Of a DNA stretch of 64,000 bases, positions 49,554 through 60,408 are shown piece by piece. The notes under the pieces were generated by a model. The model did not search any database, was not told where the DNA came from, and saw only the letters and a list, made by a program, of their open reading frames with translations. Position numbers and translations under genes: made by a program. The DNA is taken from the NCBI GenBank assembly GCA_012513435.1, contig JAAZCE010000040.1, positions 32,570-96,569 of the forward strand, in the 5' to 3' direction. Within the stretch, counting starts at the first letter, position 1, and each line of letters starts with the position of its first letter. This DNA comes from Clostridiales bacterium (GTDB lineage Bacteria > Bacillota > Clostridia > Peptostreptococcales > Anaerovoracaceae).

Positions 49554-51944
49554 ATGAATTACAATTTGAAGCGAGTTTTGGCAATACTATTTGTGGTTAT
49601 TATTGTAGGTGGGTGGTATTTAACCATAGTAGGAGCAGGTCCTATAGATCCCTTGAAGGACAGAATGAAACTGGGGCTTGATATAAAAGGCGGCGTTTAC
49701 GTTGTTATGGAAGCTAAGACCGACCTTAAGGGCGATGAACTTCGTGAGGCTATGGAGCAGACACAGGCTGTAATAGAAGAGAGAGTCAATCAGATGGGAT
49801 TGGCTGAGCCTGTAGTGACTATAGAAGGTGAAAAGAGAATAAGAGTAGAGCTTCCGGGAGCGGAGGACGCAGAGGAAGCCATAAATCAGATAGGCAAGAC
49901 CGCTCAGCTCCAATTTGCTTTGGCTGACGGAACTATGGTTTTGGATGGAAGCAACGTTAAGGATGCATCCGTGACAACAGACCAGGATTCAGCGGGATAT
50001 GCTGTAGCACTTGATTTTGACAGCGAAGGCGGAGACCTCTTTTACCAAGCGACCGTAAAAGCCTACAGCGGGCAGGTCACCTCCGCAATAGAAGGCATAC
50101 CTAACAATGCCATAATAATTCTCCTTGATGACAAGATTATTTCTTATCCCTCAGTTGACAATGGTCCTATAAGTGGAGGAAGTTGTAGCATAACAGGCAA
50201 TTTTTCTAAGGATGAAGCCTCTAACCTGTCAGCCCTCATAAACGGCGGTGCCCTGCCTCTTGAACTGGAAGAAGTTAATTCCTCGGTACAATCTGCTAAG
50301 ATAGGTTACAACGCTCTTGAAATGAGCGTATATGCAGGGCTCATCGGTCTTGCTCTCATAATGATAATAATGCTTGTTGCCTACAGAGGCATGGGTGTGG
50401 CTGCTGATTTAGCTCTGCTGTTTTATATAATAATAGTATTGAACATAATGTCATTGATGGGAAGTGTCCTAACCTTGCCTGGAATCGCAGGTATCATACT
50501 GTCGGTAGGTATGGCTGTGGATGCCAATGTAATCATATTCTCAAGAATAAGGGAGGAAATGACTTCAGGTAAAACCATCAGAGTAGCCTGTCAAGCAGGC
50601 TTTAAACGGGCTATGGGTACGGTAATAGATTCTCAGATAACGACCCTTATAGCCGCAGTTATACTCTACGAGATAGGAACCAGCTCGGTAAAGGGCTTTG
50701 CCTGGACCTTCATGATAGGTATCGTTATCAGTATATTCACGGCAGTGGTTATAACCCAGCTTTATATAGGAATAATGTCTGAAAGCAAGGTCTTTGCAAA
50801 GAAAGGGCTGTTCGGCATCAAGGCTGACAACACTACCACGTTCCAGATAAAGAAGGATCTGCACTTTATAAAATACAGAAAGATATTCTACGTTGTTTCC
50901 ATAGTGATTCTAGTGGTGGGACTGGTGTTCGGACTTGTAAGAGGCCTAAACTATGGTATAGACTTCACAGGCGGAACCATGATACAGATGGATATGGGCA
51001 AAAAGGTGGAAACATCTCAGGTTGCCGATTCTATTAAGAAATACAAACTGGATCCAGAAATAATATATTCAGGCGAAAACAACGACCAGATAGTAATAAG
51101 AAGCATCAAGTCTCTTGACAGCAGTGAAAGAACTGAGGTAATAGGGACTTTAAATCAGGAGTTCGGGACTACGGAGGACGATGTAGTGGCTCAGGAGCTG
51201 TTCGGACCTTCCGTAGGCAAGGAGCTTAGAAATAACGCTATTTTGGCAATAATACTGGCGGCAGCCTTTATGTTTATTTACATAAGGCTCAGATTTTCCC
51301 AATGGAAGTTCGGCGGAGCTGCACTTCTGGGTGTTCTCCATGATGTGCTGATAGTGATTGCATTTTATGCCATATTCAACGTAACGGTCAACAATCCATT
51401 TATTGCCGGTATATTAACGGTAGTAGGATATTCAATAAATGATACCATCGTTGTGTTTGATAGAATACGCGAAAATATAAGATTTAAGAGAAGCGGCAAC
51501 TCGGAACAGCTTATAGACAAGAGTATAACTCAGACCTTGGGAAGATCACTTATGACCTCATTCACTACGCTTGTAGTAATGATTCCGTTGCTGCTTATGG
51601 CAGGAGATGCAATAAGAGAATTCGTAGTACCGCTTATGGTAGGTATTATTGCAGGAGCTTATTCTTCGATAGCCGTTTGTAGCCCGCTGTACTATGAGTT
51701 CAATAAGCCGGGAAGCCTTTCAAAATACGAAAAACAGGTGAAAGCTACACAAAAGAGCAAGAAGAAGCTGAATAAACCAGAAGAAGCCACTGAGAAAATC
51801 GTCGAAGATGCTCAACCGGAGGAGGTTGCCAAACAGGATACTGCCCCGGAAGAAACAGGCGAGGAACCGAAGAAGGTAGTAGAAAAGAAGATTGACAGCA
51901 ATCAAAAGCGTTCAAAGAGATATGTAAAGGGCAACAAGAATTAG
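49554..51944 (+). CDS. secDF: Fused protein translocase subunit SecDF
   Basis: LGLDIKGG, GMAVDANV, GIDFTGG, GYSINDTIVVFDRIRE. Confidence 0.96.
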   Translation: MNYNLKRVLAILFVVIIVGGWYLTIVGAGPIDPLKDRMKLGLDIKGGVYVVMEAKTDLKGDELREAMEQTQAVIEERVNQMGLAEPVVTIEGEKRIRVELPGAEDAEEAINQIGKTAQLQFALADGTMVLDGSNVKDASVTTDQDSAGYAVALDFDSEGGDLFYQATVKAYSGQVTSAIEGIPNNAIIILLDDKIISYPSVDNGPISGGSCSITGNFSKDEASNLSALINGGALPLELEEVNSSVQSAKIGYNALEMSVYAGLIGLALIMIIMLVAYRGMGVAADLALLFYIIIVLNIMSLMGSVLTLPGIAGIILSVGMAVDANVIIFSRIREEMTSGKTIRVACQAGFKRAMGTVIDSQITTLIAAVILYEIGTSSVKGFAWTFMIGIVISIFTAVVITQLYIGIMSESKVFAKKGLFGIKADNTTTFQIKKDLHFIKYRKIFYVVSIVILVVGLVFGLVRGLNYGIDFTGGTMIQMDMGKKVETSQVADSIKKYKLDPEIIYSGENNDQIVIRSIKSLDSSERTEVIGTLNQEFGTTEDDVVAQELFGPSVGKELRNNAILAIILAAAFMFIYIRLRFSQWKFGGAALLGVLHDVLIVIAFYAIFNVTVNNPFIAGILTVVGYSINDTIVVFDRIRENIRFKRSGNSEQLIDKSITQTLGRSLMTSFTTLVVMIPLLLMAGDAIREFVVPLMVGIIAGAYSSIAVCSPLYYEFNKPGSLSKYEKQVKATQKSKKKLNKPEEATEKIVEDAQPEEVAKQDTAPEETGEEPKKVVEKKIDSNQKRSKRYVKGNKN

Positions 51945-51977
51945 AGGACAAGAAGGATTAAAGGACATTAGTGTATT

Positions 51978-54191
51978 ATGAAAAAAAGGAGTGAATTTTT
52001 AGACACATTACTTGGATACAATCCCAATTATGATATAGAGCTCATTGGCAAGGCCTACGATATTGCAGAAGAAATGCATAACGGTCAGCTGAGAAAGTCG
52101 GGAGAGCCTTACCTGATTCATCCTATGGCTGTGTCAGAAATACTGGCAGGTCTGGGCATGGATGAGGAAACCATCATAGCAGGGCTTCTTCATGATGTCG
52201 TGGAAGACACGCCTTATACCAGTGAAGAGCTTATAAACGATTTTGGGGAAGAGGTAGAGGTGCTCGTAGACGGAGTTACCAAGCTGGGGTCCTTGAAGTT
52301 TGAGAGCAAAGAAGAACGTCAGGTAGAAAATCTGAGGAAGATGTTTCTGGCTATGTCAAAGGACATCAGAGTTCTGATTATCAAATTATCGGACAGGCTT
52401 CACAACCTCAGGACCATCAACTATATGACTCACGACAAAATTATAGAAAAGTGCAGGGAAACTTTAGATATCTATGCACCTTTGGCAGCTCGTCTGGGGA
52501 TATACACCATGAAGATGGAGTTGGAGGATATTGCACTTAAGTTTCTGGATCCCGAAGCATACTACGACTTGGCTGAACAGGTAAGCGAGCGAAAGGGTGA
52601 GCGTGAGGATGCTATAAACGGAGTAGTGGAGGATATTCAGAGCGCACTGGATGAAATAAGCATTAATTACGATATTTACGGACGTTCCAAGCATTTTTAC
52701 AGCATCTACAAGAAGATGAAATATCAGCGAAAGAATATTGACGAAATATTCGACCTGATGGCTGTGAGAATAATAGTTGAGACGGTGAGAGACTGCTACG
52801 CCGTACTGGGAATGGTTCATACCATGTGGACGCCTATCCCTGGACGTTTCAAGGATTATATAGCGATGCCAAAGCCTAATATGTACCAGTCACTTCATAC
52901 TACGGTCATAGGTGAAAGCGGCAAACCTTTTGAGATACAGATAAGAACCTACGAGATGCACAGAATAGCCGAATATGGTATTGCCGCCCATTGGAAATAC
53001 AAAGAAGGCATAGATTCCGACAGAGAGGAAGTAAAGCTTTCCTGGCTGAGACAGGCTCTTGAGTGGCAGAAGGATATAAACGATCCTAAGGAATTTATGG
53101 AATCCCTTAAGATGGATCTGTTTTCAAGTCAGGTGTTCGTGTTCACCCCTCAAGGGGATGTTATAGAGCTGCCTGCAGGTTCAACACCTTTGGACTTCGC
53201 CTTTAAAATACACTCTGATGTAGGGTGCAAGTGTGTCGGCGCAAAGGTTAACGGTAAAATGGTTACGATAGACCATAAGCTGGAAAACGGTAACATTATA
53301 GAAATAGTTACCTCCCCTAATTCAGCCGGACCGAGTATCGACTGGCTGAAAATAGCCAAAAGCAGTTCGGCGAGAAACAAAATAAGGCAGTGGCTGAAAA
53401 GAGAGAACAAGACGGACATAGTCGATAAGGGCAAGGACCTTCTTGACCGTTATATACGCAAAAAAGGTTACGACCCAAGGGTGCTGCTCAAAAACGCCTA
53501 TGTGAACAGAGCTGCAAAGGATATGGGCTGCAAGAACAGCGATGAGCTTTACACTCAGATAAGCGCAGGAGGAGCAATCCAGAACAAGGTTACCGGTCTT
53601 CTGCTGAGCTACGAGTCGGAAACTCAGAAGGCAGAAGATGATGAAAAGCAAAAGACCCTTCTTGAGGACCTCAATGAGATAAGCGAGAAGACCCAAAAAC
53701 GTATACAGCAGCAGCCAAAGAGAAAAGAAATCAATTACGGAGTCGTGGTAGAGGGCGTTGACAATCTGATGATTAGAATGGCAAGGTGCTGCAACCCTGT
53801 TCCGGGAGATGATATAGTCGGATTCATTACAAAGGGTAGGGGCATATCGGTTCATCGCAAGGACTGCGACAACCTTAAATCGCTGCCTCCAGCTGACAGA
53901 GCAAGATTTATAGAGGTTTCATGGAACAATAAGACTATGGATGAATCTAAGTCCTTTAATTCAGAAATAATATTGGTGGCCAAGGACCAAAAAAGGATGT
54001 TTTCCAGTATATCCAAGGTGTGCGATGACCTGGACGTGCACATATCTGGGCTGAACGCCAAGGCCAATAAGGATGAAACCGTAAGAATAGATTTGACTCT
54101 GTCAATACGCAACAAAGACCAAATAGAAAAAATATGTCGTTCATTAAAAGCCATTCCCGGTATAATGGAAGCATACAGAGCGAAATCGTAA
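51978..54191 (+). CDS. rel: Bifunctional (p)ppGpp synthetase/hydrolase Rel
   Basis: HDVVED hydrolase, YQSLHT, EIQIRT, TGS, CCNPVPGD, C-terminal ACT. Confidence 0.98.
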   Translation: MKKRSEFLDTLLGYNPNYDIELIGKAYDIAEEMHNGQLRKSGEPYLIHPMAVSEILAGLGMDEETIIAGLLHDVVEDTPYTSEELINDFGEEVEVLVDGVTKLGSLKFESKEERQVENLRKMFLAMSKDIRVLIIKLSDRLHNLRTINYMTHDKIIEKCRETLDIYAPLAARLGIYTMKMELEDIALKFLDPEAYYDLAEQVSERKGEREDAINGVVEDIQSALDEISINYDIYGRSKHFYSIYKKMKYQRKNIDEIFDLMAVRIIVETVRDCYAVLGMVHTMWTPIPGRFKDYIAMPKPNMYQSLHTTVIGESGKPFEIQIRTYEMHRIAEYGIAAHWKYKEGIDSDREEVKLSWLRQALEWQKDINDPKEFMESLKMDLFSSQVFVFTPQGDVIELPAGSTPLDFAFKIHSDVGCKCVGAKVNGKMVTIDHKLENGNIIEIVTSPNSAGPSIDWLKIAKSSSARNKIRQWLKRENKTDIVDKGKDLLDRYIRKKGYDPRVLLKNAYVNRAAKDMGCKNSDELYTQISAGGAIQNKVTGLLLSYESETQKAEDDEKQKTLLEDLNEISEKTQKRIQQQPKRKEINYGVVVEGVDNLMIRMARCCNPVPGDDIVGFITKGRGISVHRKDCDNLKSLPPADRARFIEVSWNNKTMDESKSFNSEIILVAKDQKRMFSSISKVCDDLDVHISGLNAKANKDETVRIDLTLSIRNKDQIEKICRSLKAIPGIMEAYRAKS

Positions 54192-54208
54192 TATCAAAGG
54201 AGAAAATA

Positions 54209-54835
54209 ATGCAGATAACTAATTTACCCAGCGGACTGCTTGGTGTCAACACGTATTTGGCGATAGATGAGAAAACCAACAAAGGATTTATCGTAGACCC
54301 AGGCGGCTACAATAAGGTCCTAGCAAATAAGATAAAGGATGATGTAATTGACGTGGAGTATATAATACTGACCCACGGACATTCAGACCATATATGCGGT
54401 GTCAACGAACATTTGGCGGATATACCAGATGCCAAGGTAGTAGCCTACAAGGACGAGAAGGCAATGCTGTCAGATGCAAGAATGAACATGAGCACAGAAT
54501 TTGGCATGAATTACAAGGTGAAGGCTGATATGCTGGTGGTGGACGGAGACACCTTGCAGATAGGAGAGCTTCAACTGAAATTTTTTCATACACCCGGACA
54601 TACTCCGGGAGGCATGTGCATTTATCTGGAAAAGGAAAATGTACTTTTTAGCGGCGACACCTTGTTCTGTCGTTCCATAGGCAGAACAGATTTCCCAGGA
54701 GGCTCCTTCGGTGACCTGGCAGAGGCTATCAGAAAGAAATTGTATGTGCTTCCGCCTGAGACAAACGTTTTTCCCGGCCATATGGGGCAGACGACCATAG
54801 GAGATGAAAAGGAGAACAATCCTTTTGTTGTATAG
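54209..54835 (+). CDS. MBL-fold metallo-hydrolase (glyoxalase II/YcbL-like)
   Basis: THGHSDH, TPGHTPG, SGDTLF, PGH; AAAGGAG before ATG 54209. Confidence 0.93.
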   Translation: MQITNLPSGLLGVNTYLAIDEKTNKGFIVDPGGYNKVLANKIKDDVIDVEYIILTHGHSDHICGVNEHLADIPDAKVVAYKDEKAMLSDARMNMSTEFGMNYKVKADMLVVDGDTLQIGELQLKFFHTPGHTPGGMCIYLEKENVLFSGDTLFCRSIGRTDFPGGSFGDLAEAIRKKLYVLPPETNVFPGHMGQTTIGDEKENNPFVV

Positions 54836-56180
54836 ATGTCATATAACCGGAGCGGGAAGCACCAGTCAGTACGAGGAGCTTATCAAGACATTTCTCCGGC
54901 AGTCCCAGTATGAGATGACTTCATATAGCGATGCTTCCGTTCACAGCTATGTTTTTTGTGGAGATAAGAATCTGTTGAAGCGTCAGATATATGAAGACCT
55001 TGCACGCATCACTAGCAAACGTCCTAAGTGGGGAATAATCACAGGCATAAGGCCGGTGAAACTGGCAGGAGAGATGTACGATGCCTATGGCAGCATGGAC
55101 AAGGTTAAGGAGATTTTTGAAAGGGAATACCTTCTCCATCCTGAGAAAAGCAGGATAGTCTGCCACATTCTCAAGTATCAGAGGGAAAAGGTAGGAAAGC
55201 CAAAAAAGAACAGCCTGTCTCTCTATATAGGAATACCTTTTTGCCCTACAAGGTGTCTTTACTGCTCATTCACATCGAACCAGGCCCATTACAGTGAAAC
55301 CGTAAGGTATATGGATGCCCTGCACAAAGAGATGGAGTATACTTTTCGGGCCCTTAAGGACAGCCCTTACTCTGTTGAATCAATTTATATAGGAGGCGGT
55401 ACGCCTACCACCCTTGACAAGAAACAGCTTGAAGGTCTGCTTAGTAAGATATCAGATTGCCATTCAGGAGGGGAGCTGAAGGAGTTTACGGTGGAAGCGG
55501 GAAGGCCAGATACTATAGACGAAGAAAAGCTGAGTGTACTAAAAGAATACGGAGTGAATCGTATAAGCATCAATCCTCAGACCATGAAGGAGGAGACTCT
55601 GGAGGTCATAGGGAGAAGACATAGTGTGAAAGATGTTTTCAAAGCCTTTGAGGCGGCAAACAAGGTGGGATTTGATGTTATCAACGCCGATTTGATATCA
55701 GGGCTACCGGGAGAGACTGCCGAAGATTTTTGGGAAAGCCTAAGGACTATAATGGAGCTTGGAGCTGACAATATCACACTGCATACCCTAGCCGTTAAGA
55801 GAGCTTCAAAGCTTAAGGAGTTAGACGAGAATTACAATTACAGGAACGCGTCACTATGCGAGGAAATGCTTTCGGTAGCCCATGGGATGATGGCTGAAGG
55901 CGGGTATTTGCCGTATTATCTTTACAGGCAGAAGCATACATCAGGGAATACCGAAAACATAGGATTTTGCAGAGAGAACAAGCTATCCCTTTACAACCTG
56001 CGCATTATGGAGGAAGGCGAATCCATTCTAGCTCTTGGAGCAGGAGGGGTCAGCAAAATATTTTTTCCGCGGGAGAACAGGCTGGAGAGAATAGCCAACG
56101 TGTCTAATTATCAGATATACATAGACAGGATAGACGAAATGATAGAGAGAAAGCGAGAAGGCTTTTTCTTTGAAAAATAA
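54804..56180 (+). CDS. hemZ: Radical SAM protein HemZ (start may be TTG 54825)
   Basis: YIGIPFCPTRCLYC, GGGTPT, EAGRPD, PYYLYRQK; synteny before hisS. Confidence 0.88.
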   Translation: MKRRTILLLYRCHITGAGSTSQYEELIKTFLRQSQYEMTSYSDASVHSYVFCGDKNLLKRQIYEDLARITSKRPKWGIITGIRPVKLAGEMYDAYGSMDKVKEIFEREYLLHPEKSRIVCHILKYQREKVGKPKKNSLSLYIGIPFCPTRCLYCSFTSNQAHYSETVRYMDALHKEMEYTFRALKDSPYSVESIYIGGGTPTTLDKKQLEGLLSKISDCHSGGELKEFTVEAGRPDTIDEEKLSVLKEYGVNRISINPQTMKEETLEVIGRRHSVKDVFKAFEAANKVGFDVINADLISGLPGETAEDFWESLRTIMELGADNITLHTLAVKRASKLKELDENYNYRNASLCEEMLSVAHGMMAEGGYLPYYLYRQKHTSGNTENIGFCRENKLSLYNLRIMEEGESILALGAGGVSKIFFPRENRLERIANVSNYQIYIDRIDEMIERKREGFFFEK

Positions 56181-56197
56181 AATCAGGAGGATACAAT

Positions 56198-57451
56198 ATG
56201 TTAACCAATGCACCAAAAGGAACCAAGGACATGCTGCCGGAGCATGCTTATAAATGGCAGTACATTGAGAAGGCTTTTGCGGAGATTTGCAGAAAATACG
56301 GGTTTGAGGAGATAAGAACTCCCATGTTTGAACATACAGAGCTGTTCCAAAGAGGCGTAGGCGATACCACCGATATAGTTCAGAAGGAAATGTACAGCTT
56401 CCAGGACTACGGCAAGAGAAATATCACACTTAAGCCTGAAGGAACCTCGCCTGTAGTAAGGGCTTACGTTGAGCACAAGATGTTTGCCGGAGTACAGCCT
56501 AACAAGTTCTATTACAATATTCCGTGCTTCAGATACGAGAAGCCTCAGTCCGGGAGACTTCGTCAGTTCCACCAGTTCGGAGTTGAGACCTTCGGCTCTG
56601 CCGACATGATGGCGGACGCTGAGGTTATAGCTATCGGATATGACTTTTTAAAGGAAATGGGCATTACAAATATCGAGCTGAGAATAAACAGCGTAGGATG
56701 TCCTCAGTGCAGGAAGAAGCACAGAGAGGCTTTGAGAGCTTTTCTTGAGCCTAAGTACGACCAGCTCTGCGATACGTGCAAGGAGCGATACAATACCAAT
56801 CCTATGAGGATCCTTGATTGTAAGTCTCCTATAGACCAGGAGCTTGTGAAGGGTGCGCCTATGATGCTGGATTATCTCTGTGATGACTGCAGTCAGGCCT
56901 TTGACGATTTGAAGAAGAACCTTGATTCCTTCGATATAGAGTACAAGGTAGACTCTAAGATAGTAAGAGGTCTGGATTACTATACCAAGACTGCCTTTGA
57001 GTTTGTCACGGAGAAAATCGGTGCTCAGGGCACGGTATGCGGAGGTGGAAGATACGATGGACTTGTTGAAGAAGTCGGCGGACCGTCAACTCCGGGAGTT
57101 GGCTGGGGTATGGGCAAGGAAAGATTGCTGCTTACTATGGAGGCCTGTGGATTCCAAATTCCCGAGTCAGCAGGAGCCGACGTATTCATTGCCGTTATGG
57201 GAGATGAAGCCAAGGCAGCCGGACTTAAGCTCATGAAGGAACTGAGACAAAAAGGCGTTTCATGTCAGATGGATGTAATGGGAAGAAATATTAAAAATCA
57301 GTTCAAATTTGCTAACAGAATACAAGCTGGAAGAACCGTGGTAATAGGACAGGACGAGCTTGAGAACAACAGCTTTACCATAAAGGACATGGAAACATCG
57401 GAGCAGATAACGGTGCCTATGGAAAACATAGTAGAGGCATTGACTAAATAA
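56198..57451 (+). CDS. hisS: Histidine--tRNA ligase
   Basis: PEGT, FRYEKPQSGRLRQFHQ, RGLDYY, GGGRYDGL. Confidence 0.98.
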   Translation: MLTNAPKGTKDMLPEHAYKWQYIEKAFAEICRKYGFEEIRTPMFEHTELFQRGVGDTTDIVQKEMYSFQDYGKRNITLKPEGTSPVVRAYVEHKMFAGVQPNKFYYNIPCFRYEKPQSGRLRQFHQFGVETFGSADMMADAEVIAIGYDFLKEMGITNIELRINSVGCPQCRKKHREALRAFLEPKYDQLCDTCKERYNTNPMRILDCKSPIDQELVKGAPMMLDYLCDDCSQAFDDLKKNLDSFDIEYKVDSKIVRGLDYYTKTAFEFVTEKIGAQGTVCGGGRYDGLVEEVGGPSTPGVGWGMGKERLLLTMEACGFQIPESAGADVFIAVMGDEAKAAGLKLMKELRQKGVSCQMDVMGRNIKNQFKFANRIQAGRTVVIGQDELENNSFTIKDMETSEQITVPMENIVEALTK

Positions 57452-57474
57452 TTAAAGCGAGGCAGGATAACAAG

Positions 57475-59247
57475 ATGAACCTATTTAAGAGAACGCATAT
57501 GTGCGGAGATCTGAGAAAAGAAAATATTGGTGAAAGTGTAGTGCTTAATGGTTGGGTGCAGAAAAGACGTAACCTGGGAGGCCTTATTTTCTGTGATGTG
57601 AGAGACAAGACAGGGATAACTCAGGTGGTATTTAATGACAAAATACCTGAGGAGCTCTTTGAAAAAGCTGATTCATTGAGAAGCGAATATGTGGTGGGAA
57701 TAAAGGGCAAGGTTGCGGAGAGAGAAGCCAAAAACTCCAATATGGATACGGGGGACATAGAGGTTTTCGCAGACGATTTAGTCCTCTACTCACAGTCGGA
57801 GACTCCGCCTATATACATCAAGGATGACGATAATGTGGACGATAATCTGAGACTTAAGTACAGGTACCTTGATTTGAGAAAGAAAAAGATGCAGGAGAAT
57901 CTGAAATTCAGACATACTGTTACGAAGCTGGCGAGGGATTACTTCGCAGAGTGCGGCTTTACGGAGGTTGAGACACCTATGCTCATTAAATCCACACCTG
58001 AGGGTGCCAGAGATTACCTGGTGCCAAGCAGGGTGAATCAGGGACATTTTTATGCTCTTCCTCAGTCTCCTCAGACCTTTAAACAGCTTCTCATGGTAGG
58101 CGGCACAGACAGATATATGCAGGTGGCAAAGTGCTTTAGAGACGAAGACCTGCGTGCTGACAGGCAGCCTGAGTTTACACAGATAGACTTGGAAATGTCC
58201 TTTGTGGATGTTGATGATGTAATAGAGGTGCAGGAAGGCTTCCTGAAGAGAGTTTTCAAGGAATTAAAGGGAGTGGATATTAATACGCCGCTGCCGAGGC
58301 TCACCTATGATGAGGCAATGTCAAAGTATGGAAGCGATAAGCCTGATACGAGAGTAGGCTTTGAGCTTCATGATATTACGGAAAAAATCAAGGATTGCGG
58401 GTTTAAGGTGTTTACAGATGCCATAGCTGCCGGCGGAAGCGTTCGTGGAATCTGTGTAACGGGAGCAGGGGCCGAATATACTAGAAAGAAGATAGATAAG
58501 CTAACGGAATCCATAAAGAGCTTTGGTGCAAGAGGAATGGTATGGATGAAGGTAACCGAAGATGAGGTATCCTCATCAGTCAATAAATTCTTTTCACCTG
58601 AAGAGCTTAAGGAAATAGCAGATGATTTCGAAGCCGTGAGCGGAGACTTGATTCTCATAGTTTCTGATAAGGACAAGGTTGTCTTTGACAGTCTTGGATT
58701 CCTTAGAAGACATATGGCAGACCAGATGGGATTGCTTGACGATAACCATTACAATCTCCTTTGGGTCGTTGATTTTCCTCTCTTTGAATACGACGAAGAG
58801 GCAGATGAATACCATGCAATGCATCACCCGTTTACCTCTCCTAAGGAGGAAGACGCCCATCTGCTGAAGACAGACCCTACTGCCGCCAAAGCTGATGCAT
58901 ACGACATCGTTCTTAACGGTGTAGAACTTGGGGGAGGCAGCATAAGAATACATGACCAGGAGCTGCAAAAGGATATGTTCCAGGCATTGAACATTCCTGA
59001 GGACGAGATAAACGAGAAGTTCGGATATCTTGTTGAGGCTTTCAAATACGGAGCACCGCCCCACGGCGGACTGGCTTACGGTCTTGACAGGCTTGTAATG
59101 CTTCTTACGGGAGAAAAATCCATCAGAGAGGTTATTGCATTCCCTAAGAACCAGGCGGCACAATGTATGGTAAGCGAAGCACCGGGAATCGTATACGATG
59201 ACCAGCTTGACGAGCTGGGGATTTCATTGGTCAAAGAGGAAAAATGA
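57475..59247 (+). CDS. aspS: Aspartate--tRNA ligase
   Basis: YALPQSPQ, FRDEDLRADRQPEFTQ, HHPFT, PPHGGLAYGLDR; RRNLGG (Leu) suggests the discriminating type. Confidence 0.98.
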   Translation: MNLFKRTHMCGDLRKENIGESVVLNGWVQKRRNLGGLIFCDVRDKTGITQVVFNDKIPEELFEKADSLRSEYVVGIKGKVAEREAKNSNMDTGDIEVFADDLVLYSQSETPPIYIKDDDNVDDNLRLKYRYLDLRKKKMQENLKFRHTVTKLARDYFAECGFTEVETPMLIKSTPEGARDYLVPSRVNQGHFYALPQSPQTFKQLLMVGGTDRYMQVAKCFRDEDLRADRQPEFTQIDLEMSFVDVDDVIEVQEGFLKRVFKELKGVDINTPLPRLTYDEAMSKYGSDKPDTRVGFELHDITEKIKDCGFKVFTDAIAAGGSVRGICVTGAGAEYTRKKIDKLTESIKSFGARGMVWMKVTEDEVSSSVNKFFSPEELKEIADDFEAVSGDLILIVSDKDKVVFDSLGFLRRHMADQMGLLDDNHYNLLWVVDFPLFEYDEEADEYHAMHHPFTSPKEEDAHLLKTDPTAAKADAYDIVLNGVELGGGSIRIHDQELQKDMFQALNIPEDEINEKFGYLVEAFKYGAPPHGGLAYGLDRLVMLLTGEKSIREVIAFPKNQAAQCMVSEAPGIVYDDQLDELGISLVKEEK

Positions 59248-59864
59248 AGAAAATAGGAATATTTGGAGGGTCCTTTGACCCTATTCATTACGGGCATTTG
59301 GGTCTTGCCGCCGATGCCATGAAACAAGTGGAGCTGACCAAGGTCATGTTCGTTCCGGCCAAGCTGCAGCCCTTCAAGCTGGACAAGAAGATGGCCTCAG
59401 GTCCTGACAGGCTTGTAATGCTCAACTTAGCCCTTGCAGACCATGAGAATTTCCAAGCTTCTTCATTTGAGCTGGACTCTGAGGGTATATCGTACACATA
59501 CCTTACCCTAAGATATATGCAGCGTAAGTTCGGAGAAGGTGCCAGGCTTTACTTTATAACGGGGACGGACACTTTCCTTAAAATAGAAGCGTGGAAAGAG
59601 GCCGAAGAAATGCTGACTAGATATTCCTTTATAATAGGAACAAGACCCGGTTTTAAAAAAGAGGAACTGGATGCCTGTATAAAAAGAGTATCAGATGATT
59701 ACAATACCCAGGTTGTGACCATACATAATACAGAGCTTGATATTTCTTCCACGGAAATACGAAAAAGTCTTAAAAAAGGAGACAAGAGTACCATGCCCAT
59801 ACCGGGAAAGGTAGGAAGGTACATTAAAACACATGGACTTTACAGAACTGACCAACAGGATTAA
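59244..59864 (+). CDS. nadD: Nicotinate-nucleotide adenylyltransferase
   Basis: GGSFDPIHYGH, SYTY, ISSTEIR. Confidence 0.96.
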   Translation: MKKIGIFGGSFDPIHYGHLGLAADAMKQVELTKVMFVPAKLQPFKLDKKMASGPDRLVMLNLALADHENFQASSFELDSEGISYTYLTLRYMQRKFGEGARLYFITGTDTFLKIEAWKEAEEMLTRYSFIIGTRPGFKKEELDACIKRVSDDYNTQVVTIHNTELDISSTEIRKSLKKGDKSTMPIPGKVGRYIKTHGLYRTDQQD

Positions 59865-60408
59865 GTATTATATAGAGGTTAATCTGAAGGATAGCAGACG
59901 GGAGCACACATATGCGGTGGCTTGGGAGGCCGTAAAACTTGCAGCCCATTACGGGGCAGATGGGGACAAGGCTAAAATCGCGGCCCTGTTTCACGATATG
60001 TTCAGAAATATGTCCTTGAATGCTATGAATATGTACGTTAATCATTGGGGCCTGCCGAAGAAATATTTGGACAACCCCAATCTGGCTCACGGCAAGCTAG
60101 CTGCAGAGATGATGAAACGAACTTATGAAATAAGTGATGAGGATATATTAAACGCAGTATCATATCATACTACGGGCAGAGCCGGAATGTCGAAGCTGGA
60201 GAAGATAATATTCTTGGCTGATGCCATTGAGCCGGGGCGCAACTATCCTACGGTGGAGGAAACGAGAGCCCTTGCTTACACGGATATTGACCGGGCTTGT
60301 ATCAGTTCCTTAGAGAGAACTATAGAATATATACAGGGAAAGGGAGATTACCTGGATCCTGACACGATAAAAGCAAGAGATGATTTAAAGGAGAAAATAA
60401 ATTTATGA
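59833..60408 (+). CDS. yqeK: YqeK HD-family Ap4A hydrolase
   Basis: HT..HD, HG, YHTTG, LADAIEPGR; follows nadD. Confidence 0.92.
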   Translation: MDFTELTNRIKYYIEVNLKDSRREHTYAVAWEAVKLAAHYGADGDKAKIAALFHDMFRNMSLNAMNMYVNHWGLPKKYLDNPNLAHGKLAAEMMKRTYEISDEDILNAVSYHTTGRAGMSKLEKIIFLADAIEPGRNYPTVEETRALAYTDIDRACISSLERTIEYIQGKGDYLDPDTIKARDDLKEKINL

